Assembly (NCBI GenBank): GCA_019058015.1
Contig: JAHLWH010000079.1
Location: 1 to 14,182 of the forward strand
Length of the DNA: 14,182 nucleotides
Source of the DNA: Promethearchaeota archaeon
GTDB taxonomy: Archaea; Asgardarchaeota; Lokiarchaeia; Sigyniarchaeales; SOKP01
Reading direction: 5' to 3'
Shown piece by piece: positions 1 to 7,406 of this stretch (position 1 is the first letter of the stretch; each line of letters starts with the position of its first letter). The notes under the pieces were generated by a model, which saw only the letters and a program-made list of their open reading frames with translations, was not told the origin of the DNA and searched no databases. Both the position numbers and the translations under genes were made by a program.

Positions 1-120
1 CTGAAGGAATACAAAAAAATATATGAAATAACATATATAAATCTAAAAAAGTATATTTTTATACTTATTTCTCTAATTTGAAATAATATTCAAAGAAGTT
101 TTGAATATGCAAAATTTATT

Positions 121-576
121 TCATACATCAACTATGTTATAATTTCTGTTTTTATTATAAAAAACACTAATTGATTCTAAGAGCTCCCCCATATTTTTTT
201 GCTCTCGTTTACATAATTGTCTTTCTTTCGGTGCTTGCCAATTTATTACATATTTTCTCCAATTAGAATCATTTAATTTTTTGGAATGAATTCCAAAAAA
301 TATAAGAATTTCTTTATCATTTACATGACCATTCTCGTCTTCAATAACAAAATGAGGGACCTCATGTAAATATGTCCTTCCAGCAATCATGTAAGAAAGT
401 AAAGAATGGTGTCCATCAAATAAGATCCATTCCGATTGCTTTGTCTTTACTAATTTAATATTTGGTAATCCACGTGGAGATAGGATATCTTTTCCAGATT
501 TTATTTGTTTAACCATTGTTCTTATCTGGTTCATGCTTTTAATGCCATTAATATTATGGAGGTTTATAATTTCCAC
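121..576 (-). CDS. ParB/sulfiredoxin-like N-terminal domain protein (stand-alone, 151 aa)
   Basis: LPNIKLVK...WILFDGHHSLLSY..AG....VP follows the ParB/Srx core pattern (P-I-x-V...h-h-DGHHR-h-x-A...G...h-P), with Ser in place of the Arg. No HTH or dimerisation domain follows. Confidence 0.6.
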   Translation of the reverse strand: MEIINLHNINGIKSMNQIRTMVKQIKSGKDILSPRGLPNIKLVKTKQSEWILFDGHHSLLSYMIAGRTYLHEVPHFVIEDENGHVNDKEILIFFGIHSKKLNDSNWRKYVINWQAPKERQLCKREQKNMGELLESISVFYNKNRNYNIVDV

Positions 577-767
577 AATAAAACTAGTTTTTTAACTTCT
601 TTGATTGTCTCTTTTATTTTTGAACCTAATCCTTTTTCATACTGATCAACAATATCATAAATGGTATTGCTTTTATTTCTTAAATAAACTTTTAATGATG
701 AAATATGCTTTAAATTTCCATCTTTAGATTTATACGGATATGTTAGTTTCACGAATCTATAATTCAT
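564..767 (-). CDS. Small basic hypothetical protein (67 aa from ATG at 767; ORF track extends it to 785)
   Basis: Open frame. ATG lies 24 nt downstream of a TATA-like box. Its stop overlaps the start of the ParB-like gene by 13 bp (ATGGAAATTATAA), suggesting translational coupling. No family recognised. Confidence 0.5.
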   Translation of the reverse strand: MNYRFVKLTYPYKSKDGNLKHISSLKVYLRNKSNTIYDIVDQYEKGLGSKIKETIKEVKKLVLLWKL

Positions 768-790
768 CTGTATTAAAATATTCAAACTAA

Positions 791-804
791 TTTATAAAGC
801 TTTT
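791..804 (-). promoter_or_regulatory. Archaeal BRE-TATA promoter, probably leaderless transcript
   Basis: Minus strand reads AAAAGC-TTTATAAA (purine-rich BRE plus TATA box), ending 24 nt before the ATG at 767, which is canonical spacing for a leaderless mRNA. Confidence 0.5.
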
Positions 805-980
805 ATGAGTGTTTTAACCAAATATTACATCTTTCATTAATAATTGATAAAAAGATATTCTTACAATTAGATTTTTCTAGCTATTCTTTAATAAATTATT
901 AAGAAACACTCTTTCCCTAATAATCAAGAATTTTAGATAATATCCATGAATTAATAAGAAAGAGATCGTTATACCTAATT

Positions 981-2195
981 ATGGTAATAGTACGAAGAGA
1001 AGGAGTTCTCTTAGAAGCAACTGAGAACGAGTTTGAAAATCAGGCTGTCTTAAATCCTACGGTGGTTCAGCAAGGAGGTTCATTACATTTATTCTATCGC
1101 GCTGTAAAAGAAGGAAATTATTCAAGTATTGGTTATTGTAAATTGGAAGGACCCTTGAATATCGTAGAAAGGAAAAATAGTCCTATTTTGTTTCCTGAAT
1201 ATGATTATGAAATACATGGTACAGAAGATCCTAGAATCGTTTTTCTTGATGGTACTTATTTTATGTTTTACACGGCCTATGATGGAAAAAATGCGTTAAT
1301 AGCATACGCAACTAGTAAAGACCTAAAAACTTGGGAAAAGCATGGAATAATTTCAGCTAAAATGACATACGATGAAGCAGGGAATTTTTTTCATTTATCG
1401 AAGCTAAAAGAAAAGTATCATTTCTTTATATCATATTATAAGGATGTCGTTGCTGAAGATGTACTTTTATGGGAAAAAGATGCATTCATTTTACCAAAAA
1501 AATATAATAATCAGTTTGCACTGTTCCATAGAGTATTACCAGATATTCAAATTATTTGTTTCGATGATTTTAAAGATTTGACAATCGATTTCTGGAAGGA
1601 TTATCTAAAAAAATTAGGCGATCATGTTGTAATGGAGCCAAAATTTGGATTCGAATCAAGAAATATCGGTGCTGGAGCACCATTAATAGAAACTGAGAGA
1701 GGTTGGCTTATGATATATCATTCTGTAGAAGATTCTAATAGGGGTAAGGTATATTACGCAAGTGCCGCCCTCCTTGATAAACATAATCCATATAAGGTAA
1801 TAGGACGGCTTAAACAACCTCTCTTTTCGCCAACTGAAGATTATGAAAAAATTGGAGATATAGCTAATGTTGTTTTCCCTACAGGCACTGCAATATTTGG
1901 AGAAAGACTTTATATTTATTATGGTGCCGCCGATAAGAGAATAGCCGTAATATCGGTAAATCTGCATAAACTTATTCACGAACTCTTGGCGTCTGAATTA
2001 GAGGTTGGAATTGGTTTTTTAGCAGGGCAGATCTTTAATCTTACAATTAAAGAAGAAAAAAGCTTAACTCAACTTAAGAATTTATTGAACCAAAAAGAGT
2101 ATGTTTTATTGATGGCAATTGGTTGGTTAACAAGGGAAAATAAGATTCTGTGTAGAATTGATTCAGATGAATTAATCGTTAGATCTATAAGGTAA
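981..2195 (+). CDS. GH130 family (DUF377) beta-mannoside phosphorylase/glycosidase-like protein fused to a C-terminal DUF2582-like winged-helix domain
   Basis: GH130 beta-propeller motifs VLNP, LFYRA, EDPRI (catalytic Asp), YTAYDG, KD...LFHR, GAGAPLIETERGWLMIYH, VVFPTG, IYYGAAD. Residues ~341-404 (IGFLAGQIF...LTQLK...LLMAIGWLTRENKI) match the DUF2582 pattern IG..AG.IW...LA(I/L)GWLARE.KI. Confidence 0.88.
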   Translation: MVIVRREGVLLEATENEFENQAVLNPTVVQQGGSLHLFYRAVKEGNYSSIGYCKLEGPLNIVERKNSPILFPEYDYEIHGTEDPRIVFLDGTYFMFYTAYDGKNALIAYATSKDLKTWEKHGIISAKMTYDEAGNFFHLSKLKEKYHFFISYYKDVVAEDVLLWEKDAFILPKKYNNQFALFHRVLPDIQIICFDDFKDLTIDFWKDYLKKLGDHVVMEPKFGFESRNIGAGAPLIETERGWLMIYHSVEDSNRGKVYYASAALLDKHNPYKVIGRLKQPLFSPTEDYEKIGDIANVVFPTGTAIFGERLYIYYGAADKRIAVISVNLHKLIHELLASELEVGIGFLAGQIFNLTIKEEKSLTQLKNLLNQKEYVLLMAIGWLTRENKILCRIDSDELIVRSIR

Positions 2196-2219
2196 CTATT
2201 AAAAAAAATTATCTCAAAT

Positions 2220-2258
2220 ATTTAAGATCTTAAATTTTTTAATGTTTTTGTCTTTTTT
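2220..2258 (+). terminator. Putative terminator of the GH130 gene (palindrome plus oligo-T tracts)
   Basis: Perfect 16-bp palindrome ATTTAAGATCTTAAAT (2220-2235) starting 25 nt after the stop, followed by several T-runs. Confidence 0.4.
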
Positions 2259-2297
2259 TAAAATTAATTTATCGAATTTTATATTGTGGAACTACTT

Positions 2298-2351
2298 TTC
2301 GGTTTTTTTAAAGATCAGACATTTAATGTCATTGTAATCAAAAAAACTGAA
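2298..2351 (+). repeat. Long imperfect inverted repeat / stem-loop
   Basis: TTCGGTTTTTTT (2298-2309) pairs with AAAAAAACTGAA (2340-2351, one G-U pair). Inner pairs GAT/ATC, CA/TG and GACAT/ATGTC close a 3-nt loop. Confidence 0.45.
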
Positions 2352-2434
2352 CCTTATCCAGTAAAATTTGGGATAAATAACATCTAAAAGTTTAAAAGTG
2401 GTAAGATAATAAAATAATTACTTTATTTCTAATG

Positions 2435-2459
2435 AAAAAAAGTAAATCCTACTTTTTTT
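2435..2459. promoter_or_regulatory. Perfect 10-bp inverted repeat upstream of the glycosyltransferase (candidate operator or 5'-UTR hairpin)
   Basis: AAAAAAAGTA-AATCC-TACTTTTTTT, 36 nt before the ATG at 2496. TATA-like candidates lie at 2391-2397 (preceded by AAAAG) and at about 2464-2473. Confidence 0.35.
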
Positions 2460-2495
2460 TACCAAATATATACAATTTTTAATGAGAGTTTTAGA

Positions 2496-4697
2496 ATGGA
2501 ATCTAATTGGATCCTTTATATGGCCACATATCCTCCAAGAGAGTGTGGGATTGCTACTTTTACAAAAGATTTAAGAACAGCAATGGATAAAAAATTTTCT
2601 CCTTTTATAAAATCAAAAATCCTCGTTATTAATAATAATAACGATAATAATTATGAAAATATTAAAGATGTTTTATTTGATATTGCTGATAATGATATTT
2701 CAGCATATATAAAGGCTGCGAAAAGAGTAAATGAGATAGATGCTATAAAGCTGATAAATATACAACACGAATTTGGTATTTTTGGTGGAGAATATGGAAA
2801 TTATTTAATAAAATTTCTAGAAATTGTAAAAAAACCGGTCGTTATATCATTCCATACAGTCATCCCAAATCCAGAGGATAAATTAAAGAAAATTGTTCGT
2901 GAGCTAGCAAAAAAATCTTCTTATTTAGTTGTTATGACTAACAAAGGGATCGATATTTTAAGAAAAGATTATGATATTAAAAGAGAGATAATTGTAATAC
3001 CTCATGGAACGCCAACAGTGTCATTTGATGAGAGTATAAAAGAAAAAACAGCAATGGGTATTGATGAGAAAATTGTATTATCGTCTTTTGGCCTTATTAA
3101 CTCCGGGAAAGGTTATGAATATGTAATTGAGTCGTTAACTGAGGTTGTTAAAAAACATCCTAATATTTTATATTTAATAATTGGCGAAACACATCCCATA
3201 GTAAGGAAAAAAGAAGGAGAAAAGTATAGAAATTTTCTCGAGGAAAAAGTGAAGGAGTTTAACCTTGAAAAAAGTGTAAAATTCTATAATCGGTATATGA
3301 CGCTAGAAGAAATAGTAAAATTTCTACTAGCAACAGATATCTATATTTCTTCAAATCTGAATCCTAATCAGATTGTTAGTGGCACTTTAGCATACGCAAT
3401 AGCCTGCGGTAGAGCGATTATCTCTACACCCTTCATTTATGCTAAAGATATTATTTCACCTGAAAGAGGTCTTTTAGTAAAATTCAGAGATCCTAATTCA
3501 TATACTAATGCTCTAATAAAAATATTATCAAATCCCCTCTTAAAAGAAGAAATGGAAAGAAACAATTATTCATTTTCTAGGTGCATGATTTGGCCAAATG
3601 TAGCAATATCTTATTATAATGTTTTCAAGCGAGTTATTCCTGATTTAGAAAAATGTGAAATGTCATATCCAGAAATCAAGTTTGATCATATTATGAATCT
3701 TACGGATGATTTTGGAATATTACAATTTGCAAATTATGCAAAACCAGATAAATTATCTGGATATACTCTAGATGACAATGCTCGAGCCTTGTTAGCTTGT
3801 ACGCTATATTATAAGTTATTTAAAGATAATACTAAATTGAAATTGATGAAAATTTATCTGAATTTTATAAAGTATGTCCACAAAAATGAAAATAAGTTGT
3901 ACAATTTTGTTAATTACAATAAAATTGTAAATCTCGAGCATTGGAGCGAGGACGCCCATGGAAGAGCAATGATGGCTCTTGGTTATTTAATTGCTACAAA
4001 AAATATCCCAATGGAATTAAGAGTAGAGGCAGAACTGATTTTTGAAGATGCGAAAAAAGCTGTAGACAAGATTAGATCTCCAAGAGCAATTTCGTTTATT
4101 TTGATTGGACTCTATTTCTATAATGTAATAAAAAATTCTGAAGTCATTAGAATTAAAAAATTAGCCGATTATCTAGCCCAGCTCTATAAGGATTGTAAGA
4201 GTGAGAAATGGAACTGGTTCGAAAATTACCTTACTTATTCAAATAGTAAATTGCCTGAGGCTCTTTTTTTTTGCTATAAAACAACTAAAGATGACAAATA
4301 TTTAATAATTGCCAAAGAATCTTTAGATTTTCTTATTTCTATTTCGTTTAAAGACGGAAAATTTGCTCCTATTGGTCAGAACGGATGGTATCATAAAAAT
4401 GGCCATAATGCTAGTCATGACCAACAGCCAGTTGATGCTGCTTCAATGGTACAAACATTGAGCGTTGCATATGATACCACTAAAGAGAATAGGTATATGA
4501 AACTTGCCATCGACGCATTTAATTGGTTCTTTGGAAAAAATTCTCTGAATCAAGAAGTTTATAACAATTTAACGGGTGGTTGCCACGATGGTATTGGAGA
4601 GTATTCTCTAAACATGAATCAAGGGGCTGAATCATCAATTTCTTATTTACTTGCTAGACTTTCACTTCAAATATCAAAAGGTTCTATTGCTTTTTAG
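2496..4697 (+). CDS. Two-domain protein: GT4 (GT-B fold) glycosyltransferase plus C-terminal six-hairpin-glycosidase-like (alpha/alpha) domain
   Basis: N-half: TYPPRECGIATF, IQHEFGIFGG, FHT, IPHG, FGLINSGKG, GETHP, QIVSGTLAYAIACG, ISTPF. C-half from ~aa 392: GILQFA, GYTLDDNARAL, SEDAHGRA, WFENYLTYSN, DQQPVDA, GGCHDG, NQGAES, characteristic of the ~750-aa GT fusions that commonly neighbour GH130 genes. Confidence 0.87.
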   Translation: MESNWILYMATYPPRECGIATFTKDLRTAMDKKFSPFIKSKILVINNNNDNNYENIKDVLFDIADNDISAYIKAAKRVNEIDAIKLINIQHEFGIFGGEYGNYLIKFLEIVKKPVVISFHTVIPNPEDKLKKIVRELAKKSSYLVVMTNKGIDILRKDYDIKREIIVIPHGTPTVSFDESIKEKTAMGIDEKIVLSSFGLINSGKGYEYVIESLTEVVKKHPNILYLIIGETHPIVRKKEGEKYRNFLEEKVKEFNLEKSVKFYNRYMTLEEIVKFLLATDIYISSNLNPNQIVSGTLAYAIACGRAIISTPFIYAKDIISPERGLLVKFRDPNSYTNALIKILSNPLLKEEMERNNYSFSRCMIWPNVAISYYNVFKRVIPDLEKCEMSYPEIKFDHIMNLTDDFGILQFANYAKPDKLSGYTLDDNARALLACTLYYKLFKDNTKLKLMKIYLNFIKYVHKNENKLYNFVNYNKIVNLEHWSEDAHGRAMMALGYLIATKNIPMELRVEAELIFEDAKKAVDKIRSPRAISFILIGLYFYNVIKNSEVIRIKKLADYLAQLYKDCKSEKWNWFENYLTYSNSKLPEALFFCYKTTKDDKYLIIAKESLDFLISISFKDGKFAPIGQNGWYHKNGHNASHDQQPVDAASMVQTLSVAYDTTKENRYMKLAIDAFNWFFGKNSLNQEVYNNLTGGCHDGIGEYSLNMNQGAESSISYLLARLSLQISKGSIAF

Positions 4698-4730
4698 TAT
4701 TTATGAACAATAACCGTTCCACGAAGTTAT

Positions 4731-4781
4731 TTTTATAAAAAAATAGAAAGAAAAAAAAAATTTGAATAGATTTTTTAATTT
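4731..4781. terminator. Convergent oligo-A/oligo-T terminator region between the GT and MFS genes
   Basis: 84-bp gap between converging stops, with a long A tract (T on the minus strand) and T tracts, typical of archaeal oligo-T termination. Confidence 0.35.
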
Positions 4782-6143
4782 TTAAGTTTTCTTTTCCCAG
4801 TTGAAATCGAGTTTGATGTATTTTCTAGTATAAAGATAAGCCACAATTAATATTATAGAACATATAGGCCCCCATAATACTAAGCCCATACTATAAGTTA
4901 GAGGTCCTACATCAATATTAGGAAGTGATTCAATAGCAACACCAAGGAAAAACACTCCAAAAGCTTGGAATATATTAAGAATTATAGCAGGAAAGCCAGC
5001 ATAAACTCCTGCCTTTAAATTCCCTGTGCTTTTTTCATCATCCTCAGCAAGATCAGCATATATGATGTAAGGAAATAAGCCCCAACCTCCCAATATTGCA
5101 GCGATACCAATAATAAAAATTAATCCGAATACTAAATTGACAGCAATTGGCATTAGACCTACTAGTGTTAGGGGAAGAAATACAATCCCAAAGAGAATGA
5201 TAATTAGAAGAGTTGGTTTTTTACCTCTTTTCTCTATTAATTTTCTCCATATATAAAAGAAAATCAAAACACCAAAAATAAAACTTACAGCAACAATTAA
5301 ATATTCAGTTGTACCAAAATCTAATACGACTTGAGTGTAGGTTAACATCACAGTAGATATCTGGGACCAGGCTAAGCTTGAGATCCCTATCATAAGAATG
5401 ATCTTTAGGAAATTCTTATTTTTTATGATGATTTTAATACTTTCCTTTAAATTAGTATCGATCTCATAATGTGGCTCTGTTGGCATTAGAAAGGCGACTG
5501 TATAGAATAAAACCATTACAATAACTCCAAATAATATTGTAAGTATTAAAAAAGTTGATGGCATAGGAGCATTTATATCAGTTTCTAAATCGCTAACAAA
5601 ACTTGTTAAAACAAGCATTGACATAAGTATCATGATTGCATTTCCGAAATAATTGAAATAATTCTGCCATTGTGAAACTTTAGGGCGTGATTTAACTTCA
5701 AATTGCTCAGGCATCCAAGCTTGATATACTGTTGTCATAGAATAACCTATCTTAAAGACAATGTCCCAAATTAAAAACCATAAAAATAAAGCAATCTTAT
5801 CAGTAAGATCAGGTAAGATTAAAGATGGTAATAATAAAGCAATAAAGGAAATTGTCAGTAAGGGAGTAATTATTATTATATATGGCTTTCTTCTTCCCCA
5901 CCGAGTATATTTTGCATCACTAATCCATCCGAAGAAAAATTGACTTAAACCTATTACAATGAATCCGATAGCTTGGGCAGAAGTGACAAGAATTGCTGGA
6001 ACTCCAAAACCTACATAATAAAGAGTGAATAAAGCAAAGCCTTCAATTCCAAGAACCATTGCTGAGCTGAGCCTTGCAGATCCATAAAATACTATTTTAC
6101 CTGTAGAGCTTTTACTCCTTTCGAAATCTTTTACTTCGTTCAT
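4782..6143 (-). CDS. MFS transporter, GPH/MelB-like (MFS_2) family
   Basis: About 12 hydrophobic segments. GWISDAKYTRWGRRKPYI loop motif, KNKNF after the central loop, KRGKK repeat motif, ADLAEDDE...GxxKAGVY. SD-like AGGT just upstream of the ATG. Confidence 0.9.
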   Translation of the reverse strand: MNEVKDFERSKSSTGKIVFYGSARLSSAMVLGIEGFALFTLYYVGFGVPAILVTSAQAIGFIVIGLSQFFFGWISDAKYTRWGRRKPYIIIITPLLTISFIALLLPSLILPDLTDKIALFLWFLIWDIVFKIGYSMTTVYQAWMPEQFEVKSRPKVSQWQNYFNYFGNAIMILMSMLVLTSFVSDLETDINAPMPSTFLILTILFGVIVMVLFYTVAFLMPTEPHYEIDTNLKESIKIIIKNKNFLKIILMIGISSLAWSQISTVMLTYTQVVLDFGTTEYLIVAVSFIFGVLIFFYIWRKLIEKRGKKPTLLIIILFGIVFLPLTLVGLMPIAVNLVFGLIFIIGIAAILGGWGLFPYIIYADLAEDDEKSTGNLKAGVYAGFPAIILNIFQAFGVFFLGVAIESLPNIDVGPLTYSMGLVLWGPICSIILIVAYLYTRKYIKLDFNWEKKT

Positions 6144-6196
6144 AATTTTTACCTAAATTTATTTTAAAAAGTAACGAAATATAATAGGAATGAACT

Positions 6197-6204
6197 TATA
6201 TAAA
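6197..6204 (-). promoter_or_regulatory. Candidate TATA box for the MFS gene
   Basis: TTTATATA on the minus strand about 53 nt upstream of the ATG. The AT-rich context weakens the call. Confidence 0.3.
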
Positions 6205-6258
6205 TAATTATCAATTTGAAATTTTTAAAATTAGAAAAAATTATTGAGGTCTATAGGC

Positions 6259-7269
6259 TTATTCTTCTTCTTCCTCTTCATGCCATCCCAGATCAGATAA
6301 AATATCTTGAAATTGTTCATTTTCTTCTATTTCAAATTCAGCATCGTATTCAGATGCAAATTTAAATTCATTTAAACCTTGAGGGGGTTCAAAACTTTGA
6401 TAATTAAAGCTTTCTTCAGGTATTTCTTGTTCAATTTCAGGAACTGGTTCTGTAATGGGCACTTCTTCTGGAATTATTTCTTCTGATACAATTCCTTCTT
6501 CAATTTCCATAGGTGTATAATCATCAAGAGGAATTGGTGGCACTTCATCGCCATATACCTTAATTCCATATAATTCCTCGGATTTTTGTGCTTTATTGAT
6601 GGCTTCTGCTTTTTCTTCGGCAGTTATTGGGATTGTTTTTCCTTCTATTGGGATCTCCATCATCATAGATTGAGGAATGGAGACTATATTATTTTGAACT
6701 ATTTCCTCCTCCTCTCCTTCAGCACCCCATGATTTTAAAAATTGTAGAGTCGCTTCTATTGCTTTTTGATCTTCTTTAGCAGATGGTTTTAATATTCCTA
6801 CTCCCTTTTCTGCTTGTATTTTTTCCTTTTCTGCTTGCATTTTCTTTAATTCTTCTTCTTCAAGATTTATTGCCATTTCCGTTACTTCTCCACCTGAAAT
6901 TAATTCATTAATTTTCCGGGCGATTTCTCTCAAATAACCCATATAATAACCGATTTTTAATACGTTCTCTAACGCTCCGAAAATAATATATTCATCATTT
7001 ACAGCCATTAATATACCATAACCTTTCTCATTGTGGAGTAGGATTTCTCTTAAGGCTCCATGTTCTACAGATTGACTTAAACGAATTCCAAGATCAATTA
7101 AAGCTGTGCTTGATGCAGAAATTGCGTCAGCATCTAATTCAGCTGATTTTGCTGAAGCAACTTTCATTCCAATACGTGAAAGTACAGATAACTGTTCAAG
7201 ATCTGTTTTCTCCTCTTCTTTTTGAAGGATTTCCATGAGACTATTCTGAATTTGTGGAGAAAGCGACAT
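6259..7269 (-). CDS. Roadblock/LC7 (MglB-like) domain protein with long acidic, Pro-rich C-terminal extension
   Basis: aa 1-~125 show the Roadblock pattern (helix; SVLSRIGMKVAS; DADAISASSTALIDLGIRLS..VEHGALREILLHNEKGYGILMAV; IGYYMGYLREIARKI). The rest is Glu/Pro/Ile-rich low complexity ending LSDLGWHEEEEEE. Confidence 0.8.
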   Translation of the reverse strand: MSLSPQIQNSLMEILQKEEEKTDLEQLSVLSRIGMKVASAKSAELDADAISASSTALIDLGIRLSQSVEHGALREILLHNEKGYGILMAVNDEYIIFGALENVLKIGYYMGYLREIARKINELISGGEVTEMAINLEEEELKKMQAEKEKIQAEKGVGILKPSAKEDQKAIEATLQFLKSWGAEGEEEEIVQNNIVSIPQSMMMEIPIEGKTIPITAEEKAEAINKAQKSEELYGIKVYGDEVPPIPLDDYTPMEIEEGIVSEEIIPEEVPITEPVPEIEQEIPEESFNYQSFEPPQGLNEFKFASEYDAEFEIEENEQFQDILSDLGWHEEEEEE

Positions 7270-7406
7270 TCTTATCTAAAAGGGATTAATTATTTAATTC
7301 TACTATTTATACAAATAACAACTAATTTTAATTAATTTATGTTTTTTTTTTGATATATTAATTTACTTATAAAATTTATATAAGAAGAGAAAATTGATAA
7401 ATAAAA

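Noticed and set aside
1-81. Open + frame LKEYKKIYE...LI-stop, possibly the 3' end of an upstream gene
   Set aside because: Only 26 codons visible; cannot be told apart from chance.
1683-1979. 98-aa minus-strand ORF
   Set aside because: Antisense shadow inside the well-supported GH130 gene; no motifs.
2286-2387. 33-codon GTG-start ORF in the GH130-GT spacer
   Set aside because: Short, no SD or recognisable motif; cannot be supported without conservation data.
2631-2654. AAT-rich microsatellite-like run (NNNNDNNY) in the GT gene
   Set aside because: Short, imperfect and in frame; expected in AT-rich DNA.
4264-4272. T9 tract in the GT gene as a phase-variation site
   Set aside because: Similar A/T runs occur throughout the window and the frame is intact.
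5761-5943. 60-aa plus-strand ORF
   Set aside because: Antisense to the MFS gene.
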